Part shown: piece after piece, positions 13,564-25,362 of the stretch
Layout of the letters: every line of letters begins with the position of its first letter
Position numbering within the stretch: position 1 is the stretch's first letter
Source of the DNA: Narcine bancroftii
Lineage: Eukaryota
Reading direction: 5' to 3'
DNA: 64,000 nucleotides
Assembly: GCF_036971445.1 (NCBI RefSeq)
Contig: NC_091471.1
Location: forward strand, 356,004,001-356,068,000
The notes under the pieces: generated by a model
Told to the model about the DNA's origin: nothing
Databases searched by the model: none
What the model saw: only the letters and a program-made list of their open reading frames with translations
Made by a program: the position numbers and the translations under genes

Positions 13564-13758
13564 CAGTAAAGTCCTTATTGTCCAGAATTCAAGCAACAGA
13601 CAACCTCAAGCAAATGGCAAAAAAAACTGCGGAAGATGGGTGAAAAATGTATAAAGTTTAAAATTCTCCCTTCATACATTAGTCTCATGCAACTGGCAAA
13701 CTCACAAATCCAGCATCTACCAATCCCCGTAAGTGCTAGATACCAGGGGTTTTTACTG
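13564..13758. mobile_element. Tigger-like MITE
   Basis: CAGTAAA...TTTTACTG ends; internal similarity to both ends of 10281-11174. Confidence 0.6.
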
Positions 13759-14447
13759 TATTTAGATTGAACAGCTGCACATTTTGAATATTTTCTTCTC
13801 CTTCAAGAGATACAGCATGGAAAAGAAAAAAAGCCTTTCATCAATCACTTATTTACATTAATTCCTTAATTCTTCCTCATTCCACTAACTCCAGATTCCT
13901 GACACTTGTGGAAATTTACAACAGCCAACCTGCACACCTATGGAATGCATGAAGGAAGTGGAGCACCACCGACTGCTTGTATTGGGGGTAGGGGAGGTGG
14001 GAGATAAATACAGACGATGTTATGAGAATTGAAAGGGATTGTGTTGGTTGTTTGAAGAGTGTATGAAAATCAAAAAATGATTTTTTTTTTTAAAAAGAAA
14101 GTGGAGTACATGGTCACAGAGAAAACATTCAAACACCACTCTCCAGGCTTTATAAAATTTGCCATGGCTATGCCGCTTGCCAGTTACACAACAGTGCTGA
14201 GATATCAACATCGCACAACAACTGTAGTTATGAAAAAATTCCACTAAACCACAAAAATGTGTGGATTCCACAATACGAAAAATGAATTGCTGGAGGAAGT
14301 CACCAGGTCACGCAGCATCCACGAGAAATAATGGTCCATCAACATCGGGTGCGAACCCTTTATCAAGGCATTTCTCTGCTCATGGACGTTGTCTAACCTG
14401 CTGAATTCCTACAGCAATTTCTTTTTTGTTCAAGATTCCAGCATCTG

Positions 14448-15074
14448 GTTTAATGTATCTTATATTCTGAACTTTAAATAAATAGAAGGGGAGGTGAGGG
14501 AGGGAGGGGAGGTGAGGGAGGGAGGGGAGGTGAGGGAGGGAGGGGAGGTGAGGGAGGGAGGGAGGGGAGGTGAGGGAGGGAGGGGAGGTGAGGGAGGGAA
14601 GGTGAGGGAGGGAGGGGAGGTGAGGGAGGGAGGGGAGGTGAGGGAGGGAGGGGAGGTGAGGGAGGGAGGGGAGGTGAGGGAGGGAGGGGAGGTGAGGGAG
14701 GGAGGGGAGGTGAGGGAGGGAGGGGAGGTGAGGGAGGGAGGGGAGGTGAGGGAGGGAGGGAGGGGAGGTGAGGGAGGGAGGGGAGGTGAGGGAGGGAGGG
14801 GAGGTGAGGGAGGGAGGGGAGGTGAGGGAGGGAGGGGAGGTGAGGGAGGGAGGGGAGGTGAGGGAGGGAGGGGAGGTGAGGGAGGGAGGGGAGGTGAGGG
14901 AGGGAGGGGAGGTGAGGGAGGGAGGGGAGGTGAGGGAGGGAGGGGAGGTGAGGGAGGGAGGGGAGGTGAGGGAGGGAGGGGAAGAAAACGACACTGTATA
15001 TATTTAAGAAAGAAAATGTATGTATCTTGATCAATGTGGTTTATAGTGTGAAAAATTTAAAAATTTTAAAAAAA
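14448..15074 (+). mobile_element. 5'-truncated L1 (3' UTR only) with internally expanded minisatellite
   Basis: Both flanks of the repeat match the 3' UTR of the full L1 (30785-30955); 13-bp TSD ATTCCAGCATCTG at 14435-14447 and 15075-15087. Confidence 0.88.
14488..14981. repeat. 18-bp polypurine minisatellite (GGGAGGGAGGGGAGGTGA) x ~27
   Basis: Direct reading; nearly homogeneous units with a few variant units. Confidence 0.97.
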
Positions 15075-15589
15075 ATTCCAGCATCTGTAGTTTTACTTCT
15101 GAGATTTTCCGCCGTTCTGCACATTCCAAAGAAATGAGTGGCCATACTTTGGAAACTTTAATTATGCAGACTCGCAACTCATCATCAAGATTGAAAACTT
15201 TTTTTTTTGTTTAAAAAGTCACCACCATTTCGAAAGTACAGGATTGGCGATAAATTCTGTTGCAGGTTAATCTAAACACCATTGAAGAATGTCTTGTTAG
15301 AGATTAAAAGACTCGGAATAATCTAATTTAATCGCAGCGAGACAATGTTAAAAGCATTGTTTTTGAAAACACAAAAGGTTTCGATCTGGTGTCCAAGCCG
15401 CACCACCGATATGTGCAAGTCGGCGAGATAACAGAAAAAAAGTTGACTGAGTCGATGCTGAAGTTTACCAAAAACGATAGTATTTTCCTTCCCGACCATG
15501 GGGATCGGATTTGGGAAGTTTTAATCTCGATTGGAAGTTTGCCCGAAACGTTGGGGTTTCTTTTAAAAACTTCGCCCTGCTGAGTCTTT

Positions 15590-16230
15590 CTCCAGCCTCG
15601 GAAGTTAGGGGTCGGCCGAGGGGCCCGTCCGCAGCAGCTCGGGGAGGCCCGTCACGGCCAGCGGGGCCACAAGCGGCACAGGACCGAAGGAAGCGAGTCC
15701 ACGTCGGGAACCTACCCGGTCTTTCATGCGCCAGCTCTGCGTGACCGCCTTGGAGCCCTCGATCTTCTCCGAGTGCCGCTTCTTCATGAAAGCCACGGGC
15801 GTATTCCAGTCGGTCGCGTCGGTCTTCTCCCCCTCCAGCAGATCCTCCAGCAGGCTGACTCCGGCCATGCTGCGTCCACTTGCCCGGCTCCAGGCCTTCG
15901 CCCACCCTCCGGCTGCAGCAACCCCCCCGAAAGGGGGGGGTGGGATGGGGAGGAAGAGGGGGGCGGGGGGGGGAGGGACCTCCTTCTCTCGGCGGTAATA
16001 GAAATGAGGTTTAGAAGCCGCCGGTGCCCAGTTCTCGGCCACTCATCCCACCCGGCCGGAGGACGCCATCTTCAGCGAGACCAGCAACCCCCGCGCCCCG
16101 ACGGCAGAGCGAATGGCTCAGTTGCGCAACGACCTCCGAACTCGCGCGCGCTCGTCCCGGGGCTTTCCTGACCCTGGATGCGCTGCAAGTGCTTCCTTGC
16201 CCTGAATGCACGCAACGTTAGTCCGAATCA
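15590..16230 (-). promoter_or_regulatory. CpG island / RPTOR promoter and 5' leader
   Basis: Sharp rise in GC and CpG; YY1/TISU-like GAAGATGGCGTC (16073-16062); C/EBP-type palindrome GTTGCGCAAC (16121-16130); GC box GGGGCGGGG (~15960). Confidence 0.8.
15716..15868 (-). CDS. RPTOR: Regulatory-associated protein of mTOR (raptor), first coding exon (51 codons)
   Basis: MAGVSLLEDLLEGEKTDATDWNTPVAFMKKRHSEKIEGSKAVTQSWRMKDR matches the vertebrate raptor N-terminus (human ..TDWNLPLAFMKKRHCEKIEGSKSLAQSWRMKDR); phase-0 donor CGG|GTAGGT; CpG island; synteny with NPTX1. Remaining exons lie beyond position 1. Confidence 0.96.
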
Positions 16231-16904
16231 CGAAATGCGTTGTTATGCAGCAGCATCACCGTGCAAACATTGAGAGGAACCACCAAGCAGCGCAAGAAAA
16301 AGTCAAAGTGCCTTTGCTCCATTGATCGTTCAGGATGGGAGCGGGGAAGCAGCTGTTCTTCAGGCTCCCGATTGCAGCAGGGTGGAGGAATCATGGCCTG
16401 GGTGGTGGGGGGTCTTTTTCTGAAAACTCCGCCCCAATACAGTGAAGACTGGGTAAGCCAAAACAGCTGTGAGGTCATGGACCCTGTACAGAGCTTGCAA
16501 ATAAGAGGGGATGAATCACCAGGGCCCGACAAGATACTCCCTCTGGCCTTGAGGGAGGCTCATGCAGCAATTGCAGTGGCCCTAGCACAGGTAGTGGATG
16601 CGGATTCGATTACAACACTGAAGAGAAGATTGGATAGCAAGGTTCAGTATTCAAGGTTTCCTTTTATTGTCAGTAATAATACATTAACAATGACAACATA
16701 CATGTCTGCCATAAGGCACATGAGCCCCGCACCCCTAACAATAGGAGAAAGAATCACTCATTGTCTGTGGATTCACCTCCAGTGTTCCCGCAGCCTCTCC
16801 AACCGCCTGGTTAGGAGCGGTTATGGAGAGCTCTGGTCTGGGTGCTGGACAATGGGACTAGGTGGAATGGCCTGTTTCAATGCTGTGGAGTTCCATAGTT
16901 CGAG

Positions 16905-17190
16905 CTGAAGGTAGCAATGTTGCAAATAGTGGAGCTGGTGCCTCACAGCTCCCAAGTTCAATTCTGACCTCCAAAGCGGTCTCTGTGGAGCTTCCACATC
17001 CTCCCTGTGACTCTGGGGATTTTCCGTAGTTGCTCCAGTTTTCTCCCACTGTAAATTTCTCCAAGTGGGGAGGGGGTGTTAGAATGTGGTGGGAATACGT
17101 TACAAGGTAAGCCAATGGGGGTGCATTACTCTGTGAGCTGACATTGATTCTTGGCTGAAATGGCTGCATTCCAAGTTACAAGGAAGTATG
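16905..17190 (+). mobile_element. Old V-SINE-like element
   Basis: gctggtgcctcacagctcc..ttcaattctgacctcc..tctgtggagctt..gttgctccagttttctcccac. Confidence 0.55.
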
Positions 17191-17754
17191 GAAATCGTTA
17201 TCCTGTGGCCTGTGGTTTGTCAGCCTTGTGAGAGATAGCAGTCATTTCTTTCTATGGAAGAGTCCAATCAGTTGTTTTGTTAACACTTCTTTCTGATCTG
17301 GCCTCCCATCAGCCAGATATTAAAGTGAAATGATCAAACAAGCAGTTGTCTGCAGATTTATAATTCCCAAAAAGCAAAGTTCACTGCTCTTGCCTTGGAT
17401 TCCCAATAGTAGCCATTCTGAACATTTGACCGGCTATGACCCCCCAAAAGCCCCCCTGCTCAAAGTTTATGGGCTCCTTCCCTGTGAAGCTGTCAAGTGT
17501 TGATTTCTTCCGTACTTCTCTCCTACCGACTACACAAAAAAAAAACATAGAATATGTTACGTGAGGTGAAAAGAAAACAAGGCTTTTACTTAAATGTACT
17601 GTGGTCCACAAGGCCCCCATTGAAAATGACTTCTTTAAAGCAAAAGACATAACTCTGGCACATTTGAATCTAATACTTATAAACATTGGTTGTGTTGTGC
17701 ACAAATTAAATTTTCATATATGATTTCTGATTCTCAGAAAAAAAACCATGAAAA

Positions 17755-18650
17755 TATAAGAACATAAGAAATAGGAGCAGGAGTAGGCCATTCAGCCCAT
17801 CAAGCCTGCTCTGCCATACAATGAGATCATGGCTGATCTGATCATTGACTCAACTCCCCCTTCCTGCCTTTCCCCATATCCATTAATTCCTTTTTAATGT
17901 AAAAATTTATCTAACTGAACCCTAAATATGTTTAATGAAGTAGCCTCAACCGCTGCCCTGGGTAGAGAATTCCACACATTCACTACTCTCTGGGAAAAAC
18001 AAATTTCCTCATCTCCATCTTAAATCGACTCCCCTGAATCTTGAGGCTATGTCCCCTAGTTCTGGTCTCATCCACCAGTGAAAAGAATTTTCATGCCTCT
18101 ATCTTATCTATCTCTTTCATAATCTTATGTTTCTATAAGTTCTCACATTCTTCTGAATTCAAGTGAGTATAATCTCAGGCGATTTAGTCTCTCCTTGTAG
18201 GTCAACCCCCTCATCTCTGGGATCAACCTGGTGAACGTCCTCTGGACTGCCTCCAAAGCCAGTATGTCTTTGCTCAAGTTTGGAGACTAGAACAGCACCC
18301 AGTACTCCAGGTGCGGCCTCACCAGTACCTTGTTTAGTTGCAGCATGACCTTCCTGCCCTTGAATTCAATTCCTCTAGTGATGAAGGCCAACATTCTATT
18401 TGCATTCTTAATAACCTCTTGTACCTGGAACCCATCTTCTTGCAATTCATGCACAAGCACTCCCAAAGCCTCTGTATGACAGCATGTGGCAGCTTTTCAC
18501 CATTTAAATAATAACCTGTTCTTCTATTTTTCCTACCAAAGTGGATGACCTCGCATTTACTAATGTTGTACTCCATCTGCCAGACCTTTGCCCACTCGCC
18601 TAACCTAACTATATCCTTCTGCAGCCTCTCCACATTCTCTGTACAATTTG
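17755..18650 (-). mobile_element. CR1 (HER1-like) LINE 3' portion
   Basis: ERLQKDIVRLGEWAKVWQMEYNISKCEVIHFGRKN; characteristic 3' tail read as aacataagaaataggagcaggagtaggccattcagccc on plus. Confidence 0.88.
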
Positions 18651-18659
18651 CAGTAAAAA

Positions 18660-19915
18660 AGGCAATAGAACACAAAAGTCTGTAGACACAGTAATTTAAG
18701 TAAAAACTCAATGCTGGGGAATCTCAATGAGTCAAACAGCGTGCTTTATATATCAAAGATACATTACCAACGTTCTGGCTTGAGCCCTTCCTCAAGGTAT
18801 GAGAAAAATGCAGAGAGGCACCAGAATAAAATGGTGAGGGAGGAGGGGCAGGAGGAGGAGCCCAGACCCACAAGCAGGAGGTAATAGCTGGATAAGGGAG
18901 GAAGGGCACACCAGCAAATAGGGGGAGGGGAGATGGCCCTGTGAATGGAGAGGGAAGGGGGTTGAGAGCTGGAGGAAAGGAGAACGAGGGATAGGAAAGA
19001 GAGGGAGAATGGAGATTGGTTGAGCAGAAACCCGTTGGAGAAGGAATATTAGGTGTTCCTCCAATTTATGGGTGGCCTTGGTTTGACAGTGCAAGAGGCC
19101 ATGGATAGGCATGGAACACAGCATTAAAATGTTTGGCCACTAGGAGATCCCTGTCATTGATACAGACAGAGTGATGGTGCTCAGCGAAGCGATGTCCCAG
19201 TCTGCGTCCAGTCTCTTCAATGGGAACACTGAATGCAGTAGATCACTACTCCCACAGATTCACACATGAAATATTGCTTCACTTGGAAGGAGTGAATGAG
19301 GCCACGAATGGTGGTGAGAGAGGAAGTGTGGTCACAGGGTAAGATGCCAAAGGGGGATTAGTTGGAAGGGATAAGTAGATGAGGGAGTCACGGAGGGAGC
19401 GATCCCTACAGAAGGCAGAGTGGAGATGTGTTTGATGGTGAAATCATGTTGTAGATGATGGAAATTGCAGAGGATAATATCTTGGATAAGGAGGCTTGTG
19501 GGGTGGTAGGTGAGGATGAGAGGAATCCTGTTTTTGTTGCATTTTGGTGCAGAGGGCAGATGTGTGGGAAATGTAAGAGATATGGGTAAGGGCCGCGTTG
19601 ATGGTGGTAGAGAGGAAGCCACGGTTTTTTGAAGAGGACATCTTGGATGATTTAAACTGGAAGACTTCATCTTGGGAGTAGATACAATGGGAGACAAAGG
19701 AATTGAGAGAAAGGAATAGAATTCTTACAGGGGAATGGGTGTGAACAAATGTAGTCGAGGGAGCTGTGGGAGTTGGTAAGGTTTGTAAACAATAATCTGT
19801 AAAAAGTTGGTCTCATGAAATGGAGACAGAGAGATCAAGAAAGGGGAGAGTGTTGCCGGAAATAGACCAAGTGAATTTGAGGTCAGGGTGAAAGTTGACA
19901 GCAAAGTGAACAGGA
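18660..19915 (-). mobile_element. Penelope-like element fragment
   Basis: NFHPDLKFTWSIS..LPFLDL and RIPLILTYHPT..IILCNF motifs; termini shared with 20700-21460 and 41884-42925. Confidence 0.82.
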
Positions 19916-20265
19916 AAAAGGCAATTCCTTTGCCAGAGTGTCGTACTGTTTTTCAGCATAGAAACGAGCCCTTTCAACTTGTTGATGCTGACCAAGTTGT
20001 CTAATTCCATTTTCAGTGCATATGTACATTGTACAATGAGTATAACAATAAATCATAATTTACTGGCATTCAGCTCAATTCTGTCTGAACCTTTCCAATC
20101 CATGTGCCTGCCTAAATGTCTTTGAAATGTGACAATTATACCCTTCTCTATCATTTCCCTCTGTGAAAAAGGTGCCTTTTTAGATCTTTCTCCTTTATCT
20201 CCCCTTTAATCAAAGAGGTGGACTTGGTGAGTTCCTTGGTAAATTAGAATTATGAAATAATCTTA

Positions 20266-20625
20266 CAGTGGTTCTCAACCTTTTTCTTTCCACTCACATA
20301 CCACTTTAAGTAATCCCTATGCCATAGATGCTCTGTGATTAGTAAGAGATTGCTTAAGGTGGTATGTGAGTGGGAAGGGAAGGTTGAGAATCACTGCTCT
20401 GGACCCAATTGTTACTGAAATATTTGGCTTGAGAAAAATTGTCATTGGCCCATTTCCTTTGGAGTTCTGAAACTGTGCACATACTGTCAATTAGGTACGA
20501 TTAAAACAGGAGTTTTCAAACTTTTTCTTTCCACCCACGTATCACCTTACTAATCACAGAGCAGCCTGGCAAAGGGAATACTTAAAGTGGTTTGTGAGTG
20601 GAAAGAAAAAGGTTGAGAACCTCTG
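20266..20625. mobile_element. hAT-like dimeric MITE (two palindromic ~120-130 bp units, 20266-20396 and ~20507-20625)
   Basis: TIRs CAGTGGTTCTCAACCTTTTTCTTTCCACTCACA / TGTGAGTGGAAAGAAAAAGGTTGAGAACCTCTG; no clean 8-bp TSD seen. Confidence 0.75.
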
Positions 20626-20699
20626 TATCCTTTATGGTGAATAGCTATGTGGATTTTATTGGTTTTATTCTATCTTAAGAGAAAAAATATTTTGAGGAA

Positions 20700-21460
20700 G
20701 TACTCCCTCTGCAACTCCTCATCCCTTCACATCAAGTGCCACCCACCCTACCCCAGAGACTGTAAGAAAAGCGACACTTGCTCTTAAACCTCCACCCTTA
20801 TACTATCCAGGGGCCTAATCAGTCCTTCTAAGTGAAGCAACACTTCACCTGAGCATCTGTAGGGGTCATTTACTGCATTCAGTGCTGCCTCCTCTATATT
20901 GGGGAGATGGGACACAGATTGGCTAATCACTTCATGGAGCTCCTTTGACCTTTCCACTGCAACAGTGGCCAATCACTTCAATTCCACACCCCACTGCCAC
21001 ACTGACATGTCTGTCCATGGCTTCACGTACTGCCAAACTGAGGCCACTCATAAATTGGAAGAACAATACCTTATATTTCGTCTCAGATGGCATCAATATC
21101 AACCTCAAATTAACATTAATCCCCTTATCCCACCTCCCTCTTTTCTTAATCCCTTCCACCAGCTCCCCACCCCTTCCTCTTCTATCACTCTTTCATAGTC
21201 CTCTCTCCTCTTCCCCTATCAGTTCTATTCTACCCCTTTCCACCTGCATCCATCTATTAATAGTTAACCTGTGTTCCTCCCCATTTCCCTCCCCACCCCC
21301 TGCCCCACAGCACCATTTTATTTGGCGTATGCCTGGTTTCCTGAAGAAGAGCTTGGCCTGATACGTTGGCTGCCGCGCGCTCTCTATGGATGCTGCGTGA
21401 CCTGCGGAGTTTCTCCAGCGCCTAGACCCCAGCATCTGCAGATTTCTTTGTTGCCTCCAG
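20700..21460 (+). mobile_element. Penelope-like element fragment with GIY-YIG endonuclease remnant
   Basis: GVIYCIQCCLLYIGEMGHRL at ~20862-20920; VANHFNS; LEEQYLIFRL. Confidence 0.82.
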
Positions 21461-23552
21461 TTTAGTTGGCCTCACATTTCTTCAGTTTTGAAGTTCACTT
21501 GTTTTCACTTTCATGAATATTGTTGTATTTAAGCCAGTCTTGAAATTCAATCCCAAAAGAAATATTTGCATTATTTTCAACATTCTACCCCAAATCAAAA
21601 TAGGTTTGAAGTATATTTACACCAAAGATATTATAATTGATGCCTGGGGTAGCAAATGACCAATTAAAACCACTGCCATTGATCATGATGCAATCTCCAT
21701 AGTTATTTGTCCAATTAACAGTTTCTCTATTCATAGTTTTTCTATTTTAACCATGTCTCTTGTGCGGTACCTTGTCTGCTTTCTCAGGAAATGGGATATA
21801 TAAAGTTCAGATTATTGACATTCAGAAATCCTTTTATAGTATAACTTCAACGAATTCCAGTAATTTGTCAGACATGACCAAGCCTTTCTAAATTCACGTG
21901 GGTTTGAACTTTTATTTGTTAAATTATCTTAAATTGATTCTAATTTGTCAATCTGATAGGCCTATATTTCCAATTAAAATGTCTATATCTCTCAGGATTA
22001 GATTGGTCAATAATTGGAACATTATTTATTTCCCAGTCTTCAACTACAACCTCTGTAATCAATGGATTGTGCATTGAAATATTGGTGCTGCTCTAACAGA
22101 AGCTCTGCCACTGGTGTGAACGTGGGGAGAAGGGGGAGAGGAGACACAGTGTTTCCCCCGAAGGGTCCAACTGCCCAGTCTTACTGCTGTCAGCTCCATG
22201 TAGGCTTTAAACAGCGTATTAAAGGAGCCAACGGTGCTTTATTTAAAATCCAGCGACTGCAGGGTCTGGGCGCCAGATGGTGTGGTGCTGTCTCAGAGAG
22301 GTCGTGGACTCTGGGTCAGCTGTGGACTGGCGCGGGGCACCAGAAATGGGGAAAACGCCGCCCGCTGAGAAGCATAGGAGACAACCCTACAGGACAGTTA
22401 TCATGGCTGCGGACCAGCAAGGAGCTCAGCGGCTGAGGGATCCACACTGGCTGTGGGGTGATGGAGACTTGAGGACAAAGGACTCACACCAGACTGTGAG
22501 CTGCTGGAGACTAGTTCATGGGAACCGGATATCAGAACCGGGACTTGAGGGGGTGATGAGGGCTGGAAGGGCATCCGATATGCTGTGGGCGCTGTAGACT
22601 TCCTCATCGTGTCAGAGTTTTGGATCTGGGCTCAGGTTGCTGATGGTTTGAACTAAACTGGAGTCTTGTGCAGCTGTAGATGCTGTGGGAGCACTGGAGG
22701 CGAATCCACAAACACTCGGTGACTCTGAGGGGACTCTCTCGTCCTTCTCTTTCTCTGACAGTAAGGGGCTTCAGTCAGGGCTAATGGTGAATCTTTGCCT
22801 GCCTTATGACAGTCTAAAGGCAATTTCATGTAATATTACATTTCAGTTTTATGACCTGACTATAAATAGTGTCTGATATCTGATCTGATCTACTCTGTCT
22901 AATCACATTTCAATTCCTCACACTTGTTTGATGATTTTTGCTTTATCTTATTGCTTTACTAATATTTCAGGTGTTTTTTTTGTTATTTTCCCCTATTTTT
23001 TTTCTTTCAGTCATCATAGAATATTCAATGAAGGTAAACACTGGTCAACACTGATCTAAAAATAAGAAAGTCCTGCATTTGCTTTGATGTTCTCGGAATG
23101 ACATAAAAGGGTTCACTACATTTGAAATACATCTATAATAGTCGGGGCACTGCAGCCAACTTTGCACTCATCTTGGCTCTGTAAACAGCACAATGATAAA
23201 TGGGCAGGCCATGTTTTTGTTTAGCATTGTTGGTTGAGGAACAAATATTATCCTGTTGAGAAGAAACTTCTTCACCCAAAGGGCATGACCTGAGTCTGTT
23301 CAGATGCTGAGTATATTTAGGAGAAAGATCAATTGACTTTTGTATATTAAGAAAATCCCGGGATATGGAGTTAGTGCAAGAAATTGACACTGAGGTAAAA
23401 GATCGGCCATGATTTCAGTGAATGGAACACAAGGGGCTGAATGGCCTACCTCTGCTTCTATTTTGTTACGTTCTGTAATTCCTTGCTCTTCTTTGAAAAG
23501 TTCTGTGATCTGTGTTACCATCACAGATAGCAGCCTGGAAATTACATGACAC

Positions 23553-23800
23553 AGGGTGGCTCGGTTACAGTTAGCAATAGCGGTTAGCGCCATGCTGCCA
23601 CAAGAGCCAGCCATCAGGATCGGAGTTTGAATCTGACGCTGTATGTTCTCTCCATGCCTGTGTGGGTTTCCTCTGGGTGCTCTGGTTTCCTCCCACTGTT
23701 CAATAGCCTACCAGGGATCATAGGTTAATTGGATGTAATTGGGTGGCATGGGCTCATGGGCCGAAAGGCCGTACTGGATGTCTGAATTTTTTAAAAATTA
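23553..23800 (+). mobile_element. V-SINE (HE1-like)
   Basis: tRNA-like head plus TGTGTGGGTTTCCTCTGGGTGCTCTGGTTTCCTCCCAC V-domain. Confidence 0.8.
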
Positions 23801-24289
23801 AAAATCTCAAAGATACAGCTGTAAAATAGGCCTGGGATGAAAGAGTATCATGCCCATCTCTGGAAGCCAGAGCAACTGTCGGGGAATTTGACTCCCGAAT
23901 TATTGATGGAATTTTCATTTATCTTCAAACCTTTCTACAAGCATAGAGTATCTTGAACTGACATCAATAAGAGTGCAACCTACATAATTCCACTGATTTA
24001 AGATTTTCAACCTCCCTGATCTGTTTTTTTTTCAAAAGCAGTTCTAAGTGAATCAAAGAACTCTTAGACCCATTCCCCTGAAAACATGCTATTTAAATGG
24101 CCAATACTCAAACTGCATTCTTCGCCTTCACTGTAAACTGTGACCTTCTGCAACTCACCCACAGTCAGTCTCACACCCGCATCTTATCTGTGGGAGTCAA
24201 TGTCATGGACACATTCAGCACTTCAGCCTCAGGATGGCTCCAGGGAGTTGCACCTGATCCCTGATACATTTCATAATTTGCTGTGCACT

Positions 24290-25011
24290 GTTGCAGCAAA
24301 GAAGACCATCACTTCTCCAAACCATCAGGTGCTGTGTCTTGCAGTGGCTGACATGAGGAGTGAGCTAGGCAAGGTCAACCTGCAGAAAGCTGCTGGACAG
24401 GATAACATCTCTGGCAGAGTGCTAAGGGGATGTGCAGCTCAGCTAGCAGATGTCCTCAACGACATCTTTAACATCTCCCCGAGAAGAGCCGTGGTCCCAG
24501 CATGCTTCAAAATCGCCACCATTGCCCCCGTGCCAAAGTCGTCTGTGTCCTGCCTCACTGATGATCGCCTTGTTGCACTTGCACCCATTGTCATGAAGTG
24601 CTTTGAAAGGCTCATCATGGGGCACATCAAGCATCAGCTGCCCCCATCACTAGACCCTCTGCTGTTCGCACACAGACTCAACCACTCCACAGATGATGCT
24701 TTTCCCACCTCCCTTCATTGAGCCCTCACCCACCTGGAAAACAAGGACTCATATGTTCGAATGCTGTTTATTGACTTCAGCTGATAAGTAGGTTGAACCT
24801 ACTGGGTCTAAATGCCTCCCTCTGCAAATGGATTCTTGACTTCCTGTTGGGGAGATCTCAGGTAGTTCAGATCAGAAACAGCATCTCAAAGACCATCACA
24901 CTGAGCATGGGGGGCCCCCAGGGCTACGTGCTTAGTCCTCAGTTGTTCAGTCTGCTGAAGCACAACTATGCAGCTAAACACGACTTGAACCACATCAAGT
25001 TCACTGACAAC
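24290..25011 (+). mobile_element. Rex1/Babar LINE, 5' part (interrupted by L1)
   Basis: [41 protein letters not shown]; RMLFIDFS; G.PQG.VLSP; KFTDN (decayed KFADD). Confidence 0.88.
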
Positions 25012-25362
25012 GAGGAGGAGTCACGTGATGGAGTAGTGGCCGGTCAGGGAATTCCAGCCCTCTCCGGAAAAGTTAAAAACAATGCACAAAACGCAAAGGA
25101 ACAAGATTAAAATTTAAAACAAAGTAAAAATAAAGATAAGAAGAAAATGGCAGCGAAGAGAGAAAAGTCAAAAACAACGGGAAGAAGAGAAGAAGAAAGA
25201 ACGTCGGAAGAAGAAGGTGAAGGCCTTACCTGTCCGAGGAGGCCCGCCGCGGAGAGAGAAGCCCGCTCCCTAAGGTCAGTGGAAGTCCCGAGCTCGGGAC
25301 TACAAAAATGGCTCACAGAGCCGAGTAAAAGTGCGCAACCGCGCATGAGCGAGTAATCGCGC

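Noticed and set aside
14380-15034. Long Pro/Ser- and Gly/Glu-rich ORFs on both strands
   Set aside because: Translations of the 18-bp minisatellite; no gene structure.
1-15715. RPTOR exon 2 (MKTVSVALVLCLNVGVDPPD)
   Set aside because: Not found on the minus strand by eye or in the ORF track; it presumably lies beyond position 1.
16240-16908. 222-aa ORF diverging from the RPTOR promoter
   Set aside because: Non-ATG start; mosaic of CR1 (DESPGPD..LREA..IA.AL) and other repeat fragments; no recognisable protein.
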